From IMG/VR virus record IMGVR_UViG_3300025470_001263: 64,000 nucleotides of DNA; one strand, given 5' to 3'. Source of the stretch: an uncultured virus (IMG/VR IMGVR_UViG_3300025470_001263) (Duplodnaviria > Heunggongvirae > Uroviricota > Caudoviricetes). Made by a program: the position numbers and the translations under genes. This document shows positions 1 to 9,708 of this stretch, one piece after another. Below the pieces are notes generated by a model that saw only the letters and a program-made list of their open reading frames with translations, did not search any database and had not been told where the DNA came from. Every line of letters begins with the position of its first letter. The stretch's first letter is position 1.

Positions 1-1
1 T

Positions 2-85
2 TTTAATGATATGATTTGGCCAACAATGATGGTATGCTGTAAAACTACATCCACTAGTTAAGAATAATTTTTTATTTTCAAGCAT
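2..85 (-). CDS. SGNH/GDSL-like protein, N-terminus only (runs off the window)
   Basis: Not in the ORF track. ATG at 85 reads MLENKKLFLTSGCSFTAYHHCWPNHIIK, with the same G-C-S-F-T block I as the other SGNH-like genes. Confidence 0.75.
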   Translation of the reverse strand, partial: MLENKKLFLTSGCSFTAYHHCWPNHIIK

Positions 86-103
86 TTTTATTTACATTTA
101 GGT

Positions 104-121
104 CAAATATAACTATATTTG
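104..121. promoter_or_regulatory. Back-to-back Bacteroidota-type -7 elements (bidirectional promoter)
   Basis: CAAATATA-AC-TATATTTG is a perfect inverted repeat. Each arm matches TAnnTTTG, 18-20 nt upstream of the divergent ATGs at 85 (-) and 142 (+). Confidence 0.65.
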
Positions 122-141
122 TTCAAAATATCAATGTCTCA

Positions 142-1113
142 ATGAAAATATTAATAACAGGCGGAGCAGGGTATCTTGGTTCAGTTATTACTGGTAAAAT
201 GTTATCTGCTGGTCATCAAGTTACGGTTTTAGATAAATTAATATTCAATCAAGTTTCATTACTATCATATACTTTTTCACCGGCTTTCAAATTTATCTAC
301 GGGGATGTTCGTAATGAAGAATTATTAGAAAAACTTTGTAATGAAAATGATGTTATTATCCCTTTGGCTGCAATAGTTGGATTTCCAGCTTGTGCTTCTG
401 ATCCACAATTAGCTAAAGAAATCAATTATAATCAAATTTCGAATATAATTAAGTTCACTGAAGGGAAAAATAAAAAAATTTTATATCCAAACACAAATAG
501 TGGATATGGTATTGGTGAAGGTCAAACTGAATGTACTGAAGAATCCCCTTTAAATCCAATATCTATATATGGTAGAACAAAATGTGATGCTGAGAATTTG
601 TTAAAAGAAAATACGGATGCAATAATTTTTAGATTGGCTACAGTATTTGGCGTTTCTCCACGTATGAGAACCGATTTATTAGTAAATGATTTCACATATA
701 AAGCAATAACAGACAAATACATAGTAGTTTTTGAAAAGAGTTTCAAAAGAAATTTCATACACATACAAGATGTTGCATCTGTGTTCTTATTTATGTTAGA
801 AAATTTTGAATTTCATAAAGGTCAGGTATTCAATGTTGGTTTGAGTGAGGCTAATTTAAGTAAACAAGAGCTATTAGAAAAAATACAAACTCACGTAGAT
901 AATTTTGCCATATCTTATAATGATTACTATGAAGACCCTGACAAAAGAGATTATATAGTATCGAATAAAAAAGTTGAATCCACTGGTTGGAGACCTAATT
1001 TTACAATCGATATGGGTATAAAAGAATTAATAATGGCTTATCAAATGATAGTGCCAAGAATGGGTGCCGAATTTAGAAATGGTTTTCCTTTAGGTTACGC
1101 AAATCACACATAA
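142..1113 (+). CDS. NAD-dependent NDP-sugar epimerase/dehydratase (extended SDR)
   Basis: TGGAGYLG Rossmann motif, YGRTK (YxxxK), RLATVFG. Confidence 0.9.
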   Translation: MKILITGGAGYLGSVITGKMLSAGHQVTVLDKLIFNQVSLLSYTFSPAFKFIYGDVRNEELLEKLCNENDVIIPLAAIVGFPACASDPQLAKEINYNQISNIIKFTEGKNKKILYPNTNSGYGIGEGQTECTEESPLNPISIYGRTKCDAENLLKENTDAIIFRLATVFGVSPRMRTDLLVNDFTYKAITDKYIVVFEKSFKRNFIHIQDVASVFLFMLENFEFHKGQVFNVGLSEANLSKQELLEKIQTHVDNFAISYNDYYEDPDKRDYIVSNKKVESTGWRPNFTIDMGIKELIMAYQMIVPRMGAEFRNGFPLGYANHT

Positions 1114-1114
1114 T

Positions 1115-1660
1115 ATGAGCAATAAATGGGATGAGTTCATCGAAACTCCATCAAAAAAATTTGGTTTTGAAGTAGTAACATTTACACCTTCAATATATAG
1201 AGAATATAGAGGTGAAATATTCACAACTTTCCACAGTGAAGAGCACCCTGTAATGAAACACATTCATTATGACAAAAGTGAAATAAGTATACACGGTAGA
1301 TTCTCAAAATCATATAAAGGGGTATTAAGAGGATTACATTATGATAACAAAACTTGGAAATTAGTTCAAGCTGCAGTTGGTGATATCTATTTGATTGTAT
1401 TAGATATGAGATCGTCATCTGAAACGTTTGGTGAATGGGAATCCTTTATGATTACAGAAAAAGAAAGGAACCAAGTATTGGTACCTCCAGGATTTGCAAA
1501 TGGCCATTTTGCATTGACTGATTGTATGTTTCATTACAATTTATTTTATAAGGATGGATATGTGGATGCTGAAGAACAAGGCGTTGTGAAATGGAATGAT
1601 CCTGAATATCAAATGGAATGGCCAACAAATAATCCGATATTACAAAAAAGAGATAGATGA
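1115..1660 (+). CDS. rmlC: dTDP-4-dehydrorhamnose 3,5-epimerase family (RmlC-like cupin)
   Basis: GVLRGLHY, LVPPGFANGH and WNDP motifs. Confidence 0.85.
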   Translation: MSNKWDEFIETPSKKFGFEVVTFTPSIYREYRGEIFTTFHSEEHPVMKHIHYDKSEISIHGRFSKSYKGVLRGLHYDNKTWKLVQAAVGDIYLIVLDMRSSSETFGEWESFMITEKERNQVLVPPGFANGHFALTDCMFHYNLFYKDGYVDAEEQGVVKWNDPEYQMEWPTNNPILQKRDR

Positions 1661-2289
1661 TAAATAATTTAGAACAATATCCCATTGTAAATGAAGTTCT
1701 TTGGGATACACACGGTTTAATTGGTTTTGAGAAAAAAATTGCTGACCATTGGGAAGCAGGAAGAATAAAAGGCCCCGTTCATTTGAGTGGTGGTAATGAA
1801 GAAGAATTACTTGAAATTGGTAGAAGAATAAAACCAACTGATTGGGTTTTTAGTACTTGGAGATCTCATTATCACGCTTTAATCAAAGGTATTCCTTCTG
1901 AATGGTTAGAAAAAGAAATTTTAGAAGGACGTTCAATCACAATCGTGAGTCAAGAATATAAATTTTATGCGTCTGCGATTGTTGGTTCAATTATACCTAT
2001 TGCAACAGGTGTAGCATTAGCCAATCAACAAGAAGGTAAAGATGATAAAGTTTGGTGTTTTATTGGTGATATGGCTTTCGAAACTGGTGGATTTTATGAA
2101 ATGCACAAATATGCCACTAACTATAATTTACCCATAGTTTTTGTTGTTGAAGATAATGGAGTATCAACTAATACTCCTACAGAAGCAACTTGGAATAATA
2201 AAAAAAGAGAAGTACCAAGTAACGTAATCTGGTATAATTATAAAAAACAGTGGCCGCACTACGGAACAGGAAAATGGGTTATTTTTTAA
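1657..2289 (+). CDS. Thiamine-diphosphate enzyme, E1-alpha-like subunit (short)
   Basis: GPVHLSGGNEE, STWRSHYH and the TPP-binding GDMA...EDNG motif. Confidence 0.85.
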   Translation: MINNLEQYPIVNEVLWDTHGLIGFEKKIADHWEAGRIKGPVHLSGGNEEELLEIGRRIKPTDWVFSTWRSHYHALIKGIPSEWLEKEILEGRSITIVSQEYKFYASAIVGSIIPIATGVALANQQEGKDDKVWCFIGDMAFETGGFYEMHKYATNYNLPIVFVVEDNGVSTNTPTEATWNNKKREVPSNVIWYNYKKQWPHYGTGKWVIF

Positions 2290-4808
2290 ATTTCGTTTAT
2301 GATGATTGGGATGAAGTAACAAATTCACCCAGACCTAATAGATTAAAATCTTATACTCATCAAGATGATAAAGCAGACGCTTGGGTATTATCCACTGAGC
2401 CAATGAGAGTATTCGACAGAACTCTCATTCTGAATAGAAAACTTGAAGAAGTTGAGAAATTTCCAGATGATATATTTTTCTATCACGTTTGGAATCGTAA
2501 TTGTTATAATAATAGATTTTTTTCTCACAATATTTTACCAATTGATTTAGAGATAATTGAATTTTTCAAAACACATAAAAATTTTCATATCATTATAATG
2601 AATGAATGTGAATTTGAAAAAAAACAAGCTTTGGAAAGATTAGACCAAATTGTTAAAGATTTGGAAATGGATCCGAAAAGAGTTTGGTATATTCATAATA
2701 ATGAAAAATTACCTGAACATAAACAAGAATTGAACACGGATATAAATGTTCACGCGTGCCGTTCAATGTCGACCTCATTAAAATATAATTTTACATGTGA
2801 ATTTGTAGAAGATAAAGAACCTGGTTCATTTTTCTTATGTCAAAATAGATCGCCAAGAATTCATAGATACGCTATTTTATGTTTATTAAAGAAAAGTGGT
2901 TTATTAGACGACACTAACTGGTCATTGATTGATGGTTGGAGGTTTAACGATGGTCATATGTTTTTCAAAGATGTATTTAACGTTGAGGATATTTTAGATT
3001 TGATTCACGAAATATCCTACTTCAAGAATATTGAAACAGTTAAATCTAAATATGAAGTTGATTATGCCGGATTGGACAATAGGGACATTCAAGATATTCC
3101 TAAAGAGCCCAAAACTTTTGAAAACTCATATTTTAATATTGTTACCGAAACTAATTTTAATGATGAAGACATTCACATTACGGAGAAGTCATTTAAACCT
3201 TTTTTCTATTTTCAATTCCCATTAATATTAGCATCTTATCATCATATTAAATATTTTAGAGAGGCTTACCCTGAATTAGATTTTTTCGATGATGTTATCG
3301 ATCATAGTTATGATGATATTGTTAATGATAGAGATAGATTAATTGCATTTTTTGAAAATGTAAAAAACATATACAATAATAAAGAATTTTTTATAAATTT
3401 TTATAAAAGTAATAAAGATAGATTTATTAAGAATCACGAAATATTAAGAAATTACACTAACGAATATGATTATCAATTTTTTAAAAAATTAAGTGAGATT
3501 GAGGTTGAGGGTGCAACTAAAAAATTAAATTTAGTTTATGATACTTGGGATGAAGAAACTAAATTACCTCTTCAAATGAATTGTAGAGAAATTTATAGTT
3601 CATTTTTAATGAATCGCGATTCGTTTGTTAATTCTTTAAATTTACCTGAAGAAAATATAAAAAGATTTCCGCTTACAGCAGTTGAATTCTATCCAAATAA
3701 GCAATTTTATTATTTCATAACAACAACACCTCACGTTGTAAGTAATAAAATTTTCAATATGGAATTACCTATACCTCCTCAAGTAATTGATTATTGGAGA
3801 GCTTTCCCCAACCTAAATGTTATAATTGCAAATGAACAAGAATATGAAAGTTTTGTAACATTCAAAGCTCTACATTATTGGACTAAGTTGAACGGATTGA
3901 ATCAAAAACAATTATGGGTTTCAAATAATAACATCAGATTGAATGATTATAAAGAAAAATTAAATAGTGATATTAATGTTTATTCAACATCTAAAGTAAG
4001 AACACACATTGCTTTGGCGATGATGGGGGCTATGCCTAATTTGTCATATAAAACAAAAAAAGATAATCTCTTCTTATGTCATAATAGAAGAGTTAGACCA
4101 CATAGATATGCTTTACTTGCATTATTAAAAAAATATAATATTTTAGACAATTGCGATTGGTCATTGGTGAATGGGTGGGACGCTAAAAACAGAGATATGG
4201 TTTCATTTTATAGTAATATTATGGATGTATGGGACATTAGTGATGTCAAAGAAGAGATTCAATACCTACATAACATTGAACAAAAGAAAAGCAAATATGA
4301 AGAAGATTATACTTGGTTCGATGATAAAAATGGAACTGATAATGTAAATTGGGGGGTTACTTATGATCAACATAGTTACGAGAATTCTTATATCAACATA
4401 ACTACAGAAACTGAATTTGATACAACAGAAATACATATTACTGAAAAATCATTCAAAGCATTTGTTGCTTATCAATTCCCACTTATATTAGCTTCGCCAA
4501 AACATATCTATGAAATCAAGAAAAGATATGATTTTGATTTTTTCGATGATATTATTGACCACAGTTATGATGATGAATTAGACCATAGAGATAGATTATT
4601 CAAATTTTTTAATGAAGTAAAAAGAATAAATGATAATGCTGAATTTTTTATTGATTTTTATGAAAAAAATAAAAATAGATTTATTAAAAATCACGACTTA
4701 GCATTAAAATTAACAGCAGACACTAGTGATACTGACTTTTTAAGAGGTTTAGCTGGTATTGAAATAATAAAACCAGTAGAACCTGAACAAAAAAAGAATT
4801 TGATTTAA
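2274..4808 (+). CDS. Tandem two-module putative glycosyltransferase (GT-B/GT10-like)
   Basis: Two ~420-aa homologous halves, each with ENSYxNIxTET...ITEKSFK...FDDxIDHSYD. Start placed at ATG 2274. Confidence 0.55.
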   Translation: MGYFLNFVYDDWDEVTNSPRPNRLKSYTHQDDKADAWVLSTEPMRVFDRTLILNRKLEEVEKFPDDIFFYHVWNRNCYNNRFFSHNILPIDLEIIEFFKTHKNFHIIIMNECEFEKKQALERLDQIVKDLEMDPKRVWYIHNNEKLPEHKQELNTDINVHACRSMSTSLKYNFTCEFVEDKEPGSFFLCQNRSPRIHRYAILCLLKKSGLLDDTNWSLIDGWRFNDGHMFFKDVFNVEDILDLIHEISYFKNIETVKSKYEVDYAGLDNRDIQDIPKEPKTFENSYFNIVTETNFNDEDIHITEKSFKPFFYFQFPLILASYHHIKYFREAYPELDFFDDVIDHSYDDIVNDRDRLIAFFENVKNIYNNKEFFINFYKSNKDRFIKNHEILRNYTNEYDYQFFKKLSEIEVEGATKKLNLVYDTWDEETKLPLQMNCREIYSSFLMNRDSFVNSLNLPEENIKRFPLTAVEFYPNKQFYYFITTTPHVVSNKIFNMELPIPPQVIDYWRAFPNLNVIIANEQEYESFVTFKALHYWTKLNGLNQKQLWVSNNNIRLNDYKEKLNSDINVYSTSKVRTHIALAMMGAMPNLSYKTKKDNLFLCHNRRVRPHRYALLALLKKYNILDNCDWSLVNGWDAKNRDMVSFYSNIMDVWDISDVKEEIQYLHNIEQKKSKYEEDYTWFDDKNGTDNVNWGVTYDQHSYENSYINITTETEFDTTEIHITEKSFKAFVAYQFPLILASPKHIYEIKKRYDFDFFDDIIDHSYDDELDHRDRLFKFFNEVKRINDNAEFFIDFYEKNKNRFIKNHDLALKLTADTSDTDFLRGLAGIEIIKPVEPEQKKNLI

Positions 4809-4810
4809 TT

Positions 4811-5743
4811 ATGAAAAAAATATTAATTACAGGATGTAGTGGTTTAGTTGGTACCCATTTAGTTAAAAAATGTATAGCTTTAGGATACGATGTTGTTGGG
4901 GTAGATTTATATAGAAACGAATTTTTACCAATAGATGGTTGGTCCTTTTTGAAAAAAGATTTAACATCTTCAGACGTTATTGAAAAAATATTCTCAACTT
5001 ATAAGTTTGATGCTGTTTTCAATACATTCGGAGTTAAGGGTTCACCAATGAGAGCTAAAACTAAACCAGTTGATTTTTTATACCCTTCTTTCAAAATAAA
5101 CACCGAAATTATAAATCAATGTTTCGAAAAAGATGTTTGGTTGGTTTTTGTTAGTTCAGTTGGCGTTTATGCTCCTGCAGAAAAATTTGTAGAGGATTCA
5201 GTTTGGAAAACATTACCATCTGAAAACGATTGGTTTCCTTCTTGGTCAAAAAGAACAGGTGAATTATTATTAGAGGCTTATAAAATACAATATGGATATA
5301 AAAAATGGTCAATAGTTAGACCTGCCAATATATTTGGTGAATATGATAATTTTGATGGTAATGGTACTGTAATCGCTTCCACAATTAAAAAAGTATATGA
5401 AGCTGAAAATGAAATAACAGCTTGGGGTGATGGAACCCCAATAAGGGATTTTGTATATGCAGGAGATGTTGCAGATGGTATCATAAAAATATTCACAAAA
5501 AATATTAATGATGTCGTAAATATTGGATCTGGTATAGAAATTACCATCAAAGAAATTATCGAAAGTATAATTAAAATAAGTGGTAAAGAAATTAATGTCA
5601 AATGGGATACATCCAAACCAAATGGCGATTTAAAAAGATTAATGGACACCACCAAACAAATAAACTATGGTATTTTATCTGAAGTACCATTTCAAGAAGC
5701 ATTAAAAACAGTTTATGAATTCTATTCCAATTTCGTTAAATAA
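4811..5743 (+). CDS. NDP-sugar epimerase/reductase (GDP-fucose synthase-like SDR)
   Basis: TGCSGLVG, RPANIFG, WGDGTPIRDFVY, KPNG. The catalytic Tyr position reads PSWSK (atypical). Confidence 0.8.
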   Translation: MKKILITGCSGLVGTHLVKKCIALGYDVVGVDLYRNEFLPIDGWSFLKKDLTSSDVIEKIFSTYKFDAVFNTFGVKGSPMRAKTKPVDFLYPSFKINTEIINQCFEKDVWLVFVSSVGVYAPAEKFVEDSVWKTLPSENDWFPSWSKRTGELLLEAYKIQYGYKKWSIVRPANIFGEYDNFDGNGTVIASTIKKVYEAENEITAWGDGTPIRDFVYAGDVADGIIKIFTKNINDVVNIGSGIEITIKEIIESIIKISGKEINVKWDTSKPNGDLKRLMDTTKQINYGILSEVPFQEALKTVYEFYSNFVK

Positions 5744-6413
5744 TTTTATGGAAGAAGGTGCTTATATAGGTAAGTTAACCGATTTTTTCAATGAAGAAGA
5801 AATTGAAAAAATGAGAAATATAAAAACAGAATTAGAATCTTTTTTTGAAACAAAGAAAGATAAAGTATATTGTAGATATAATTTTGATACTGATATTCAA
5901 TATAAACACAGTATACTTTATAATGAAGTTGTGGAAAGAGATAATTTTGTTAAATCAAATAATTTAAAAGTATCTCAAAAATGGTACGAATTTAACGGTG
6001 AAGAGGAACACATAGATTTTTTTTTAGAAAAATCTAAACCAATCTTAAGCCATTTATATCCTGATATAAATTTTGTTGATGCTAAAAATGGCGATTTTAC
6101 ATTATATGAAGACGGACATTTTATTGAACCACATAGAGATGGTTTAAATGAAAATAGAGTTTGTGTTTTAATAATTTATTTAACTGATGAATCTGAATAT
6201 AATGATGGTGGTGGTGAGTTAGTTATAAAAACTAACTCGGATCAAGAGTTTACAATTATACCTGTTTTGGGTACATTTAGTGTGTTGGATTTTAGTAAAA
6301 ACAATATTATTCATCGAGTTAATTCAGTGAGAAATGGATTTAAAAGATATGCATTTATAAAATTTTTTTACTCAAAACCAACCCCTGAAATTTCTAACAT
6401 TAAATTCATTTAA
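5715..6413 (+). CDS. 2OG-Fe(II) oxygenase (prolyl-hydroxylase-like)
   Basis: HRD...GGGEL...HRV...R facial triad pattern. Confidence 0.85.
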   Translation: MNSIPISLNNFMEEGAYIGKLTDFFNEEEIEKMRNIKTELESFFETKKDKVYCRYNFDTDIQYKHSILYNEVVERDNFVKSNNLKVSQKWYEFNGEEEHIDFFLEKSKPILSHLYPDINFVDAKNGDFTLYEDGHFIEPHRDGLNENRVCVLIIYLTDESEYNDGGGELVIKTNSDQEFTIIPVLGTFSVLDFSKNNIIHRVNSVRNGFKRYAFIKFFYSKPTPEISNIKFI

Positions 6414-7388
6414 ATGATAAATAAAAACTCAAAAATATTAATCACTGGCGGTTCAGGATTAGTGGGACAAAATTTAACCGAGAAATTACTCAATGAAGGA
6501 TACAAATACATATTTGTTAATCTACATAAAAGAGGTGTTAGAAACCATCGAGATGATGTATTTTATACTTACCACGATTTACAAACATATGAAGGATGTT
6601 TGTCAGCAACTGAAGGAATGGATGTTGTTTTTCATTGTGCAGCAAGTACGTCGAATGCAGTTGATACCGTAGTGGATCCATTAGCACACGTTACTCCAAA
6701 TGTGGCTATGAATAATTTTTTAATTGATGCTTCTTGGCGAAATAAGGTTCAACATTACATCTTCTTATCTTCCAATACAGTTTATCCACCTAAAGGAGAT
6801 GAACCTGTTGTTGAGACGGATTTCTTGTTTGATGAACCATATCCTGTTTACTTCCCTGTGGGTTGGATGAAAAGATATGCCGAAGTACAATGTGAATTAT
6901 ATGGTAAATACTTACCTACTAAAATGAAATGCACTGTTGTTAGACCTGCAAACTTATTCGGCCCACACGATAAGTATGATTTCAATAAGTGTCACGTTAC
7001 TCCTGCCACTATTCGTAAAGTAGCTGATAAAATGAATCCAATACCAATTTGGGGTGATGGTACTGAATTGAGAGACCTTCTATATATTGAAGATTTTGTA
7101 GAAGCGTTACAAGTTATTATGGAAAACGAAACAGAAATGTTCGAAGTTTATAATGTTGGTTCTAATAATGTTTATTCAGTCTTGGAAGTTTTAGATATGA
7201 TGAAAGAAATCGCTAATTACGATGCGCCCATTGAATTCATAAAAGGTAAACCGTCAATGATTCCAACTCGGAAGATTGACTCGAATAAAATTAAAAATAA
7301 ATTAGGTTGGGAAGCTAAAACATCTATAAAAGATGGTTTAAAAAAAGCATATATTTGGTATAAAGAAAATGAAAACGAATTCAAATAA
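6414..7388 (+). CDS. NDP-sugar epimerase/reductase (GDP-fucose synthase-like SDR)
   Basis: TGGSGLVG, RPANLFGPHD, HVTPA, WGDGTELRDLLY. Confidence 0.85.
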   Translation: MINKNSKILITGGSGLVGQNLTEKLLNEGYKYIFVNLHKRGVRNHRDDVFYTYHDLQTYEGCLSATEGMDVVFHCAASTSNAVDTVVDPLAHVTPNVAMNNFLIDASWRNKVQHYIFLSSNTVYPPKGDEPVVETDFLFDEPYPVYFPVGWMKRYAEVQCELYGKYLPTKMKCTVVRPANLFGPHDKYDFNKCHVTPATIRKVADKMNPIPIWGDGTELRDLLYIEDFVEALQVIMENETEMFEVYNVGSNNVYSVLEVLDMMKEIANYDAPIEFIKGKPSMIPTRKIDSNKIKNKLGWEAKTSIKDGLKKAYIWYKENENEFK

Positions 7389-8289
7389 AATTTATAAGGG
7401 GTTAGTCTTTGGTGGTTGTTCTTTTACTTGGGGACAAGGCTTGTATTATTATTCAAACTTAGATACGTTAAAGGAGCCTCCGCCAGATGCATATAATAGG
7501 AGCCTATTGACGGATGCACATTTAAAATTTGCCGAAACTTTAAGATTCCCAAGATTGGTTGCAAATCATTTTAACACCTTCGAAGTTTGTATGTTACAAA
7601 ATGGAGGTTCTGAGGATACTACCTTTTGTTTTTTAGATAAAATTTTCAATCAGATTGGAGGTCAAGAGCATTTATCTACTAATACTTTTTCTTTTGATGA
7701 AATCGAATATGTTATAATTCAAACTTCACAACCAAATAGAAATCCAATAATTTTCAATATTGATGGTGTTGAACACCAGTTTCGAACATATGACCCACAT
7801 AATAAAGATTTATTTTATAAGTGGTTAATTGAAATTGAAAAAATATCATTTCAAGATTGTTTCATTGCTCACGTAAAAAAATATTTTTATAAATTAAAAG
7901 ATAAAATGCAGTTTCTCGAATCAAAAGGTATCAAAACATTAATTTTGAATTGGGAAATAGAATATTTACCATATTTTAAAGAGGATGAATTTATGATGGA
8001 AAGATATATTCCATTAGAATATAATGGTAAAACTTATGATTGTATAAGAACTTTGATGAATGAAAATAAATTTTTGACAATCAATAGTGATAATGAGAAT
8101 TTTTCAATACCACCTACCGATCATCACCCATCAAAAGAATGTCATCGAATTATGGCAGATAATATTATAAAAAAAATAGAGGGTTATGAGTTTGATAATC
8201 CATTGATAAAGAAAAATGAAGAATATTTCGATGAACAAGTAGAAAATAATTTAAACATAATCATAAACACATCAAAAAAATTCATATAA
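7369..8289 (+). CDS. SGNH/GDSL-like protein (candidate O-acyltransferase/esterase)
   Basis: GCSFTWG block I and DHHP block V. Confidence 0.65.
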   Translation: MKTNSNKIYKGLVFGGCSFTWGQGLYYYSNLDTLKEPPPDAYNRSLLTDAHLKFAETLRFPRLVANHFNTFEVCMLQNGGSEDTTFCFLDKIFNQIGGQEHLSTNTFSFDEIEYVIIQTSQPNRNPIIFNIDGVEHQFRTYDPHNKDLFYKWLIEIEKISFQDCFIAHVKKYFYKLKDKMQFLESKGIKTLILNWEIEYLPYFKEDEFMMERYIPLEYNGKTYDCIRTLMNENKFLTINSDNENFSIPPTDHHPSKECHRIMADNIIKKIEGYEFDNPLIKKNEEYFDEQVENNLNIIINTSKKFI

Positions 8290-8828
8290 TGGAAGAAAAA
8301 AGTTCATATAAAGAGTTGTTAACAAAATTTATGACAGAATTAGGTCAAAGAGAAGATACGTTATTTATTGGCCAACAATTGTTGTGGCACGGTAACCCTA
8401 TGTCAACAACTGTAACAAATGTACCGAAAGAAAAAATGGTTGAATTACCTGTGATGGAAGAATCACAGATGGGTATTTCATTAGGAGCATCGATGGCCGG
8501 TAGATTTGTAGTGACTTTTTATCCAAGGTGGGATTTTTTATTATGTGCAACAAACCAATTAGTTAATCACGTTGATAAGATTGGCTTGATGAGTAAAAAT
8601 GAATGGAACCCTAATATGATAATTAGAATAGGTAAAGGTTCAGATAAACCTTTAGATCCGGGACATCAACATAAAGGTAACTATTTGAATGAATTTAAAT
8701 CAATGTGCCCAAATATAAAATTTTTTGATTTGAAAACATTAGATGATATTCAAAATGCATATACTGATGCAATAAATGAAGGTGGAATAAACGTATTGGT
8801 TGAATATCCTGAATTATATTATGTATAA
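8289..8828 (+). CDS. TPP enzyme E1-beta/transketolase pyrimidine-binding subunit (short)
   Basis: ELPVMEESQMG, NQLVNH, GHQH. No C-terminal domain. Confidence 0.8.
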   Translation: MEEKSSYKELLTKFMTELGQREDTLFIGQQLLWHGNPMSTTVTNVPKEKMVELPVMEESQMGISLGASMAGRFVVTFYPRWDFLLCATNQLVNHVDKIGLMSKNEWNPNMIIRIGKGSDKPLDPGHQHKGNYLNEFKSMCPNIKFFDLKTLDDIQNAYTDAINEGGINVLVEYPELYYV

Positions 8829-9708
8829 ACATTTAGTAACAGGCGGTTGTAGTTTTAGCCATAGTCAAGATATGGAAAACAATTGGGTTGGAGGTGTTAG
8901 TGAATATTTAAAAACATATAACCCTAACATCACATTTTCACATACTGGATATCTGAGTCAAGGTCAAGAAATGATTCAGAAAAAGATGATGTTATCAATT
9001 ACTGAAGAATTAGAAAGAGGCACCTTAGGTCAAGATATCTTAGCTATAGTTATGTGGAGTGGAACATACAGAAAATCTTGGTATATTGACAATTCTTTTG
9101 TTATTGATGCAATGGTTAAAGATTGGTCCAATTTTGAGGGCGGGATGTCAAATCAATTTATTGATTTAAAGAATGAAATAAGTAATCCAGGTACATTTAA
9201 TACAAATAATGGTAGTAAATTCACTTATAATAAAGATGGTGGATGGTATTTCACTGTAAACGGTAGTGATAGTAATATGGAATTTGTTCAACAACATTAC
9301 ATATTAGATGGTTATCTACAGGGGGTTGGTAAAATACATAATAGTATTGAAAATATTGTTATGCTTCAAAATTTTTGTAAATTAAATAATGTAAAATTAG
9401 TACATCAATTCTTTATGGATTCTGTTTTTGAAGACATTGAAATTAATAAAAATCATCAAATTATTAATTATTTATACAAACAACTTGATAAAAAGAATTT
9501 TATTGAAAAGGGTTTTTTTGAATATCTACATAATTTATTGAATATATCAAGCAAAGATGCAATAGATGTGACTCACGAAGAAAGAAAAATTTTAGATAAA
9601 AACACAAAATATTTTGCTGAAGATGGTTTTCATCCAAGTAAGATCGGGGCTAATTTATGGGTTCAAAATATATTAATTCCCTTCCTCATTCCAATTTTAA
9701 ATCAATAA
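8821..9708 (+). CDS. SGNH/GDSL-like protein
   Basis: GGCSFS block I and DGFHPS block V. Start placed at ATG 8821. Confidence 0.65.
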   Translation: MYKHLVTGGCSFSHSQDMENNWVGGVSEYLKTYNPNITFSHTGYLSQGQEMIQKKMMLSITEELERGTLGQDILAIVMWSGTYRKSWYIDNSFVIDAMVKDWSNFEGGMSNQFIDLKNEISNPGTFNTNNGSKFTYNKDGGWYFTVNGSDSNMEFVQQHYILDGYLQGVGKIHNSIENIVMLQNFCKLNNVKLVHQFFMDSVFEDIEINKNHQIINYLYKQLDKKNFIEKGFFEYLHNLLNISSKDAIDVTHEERKILDKNTKYFAEDGFHPSKIGANLWVQNILIPFLIPILNQ

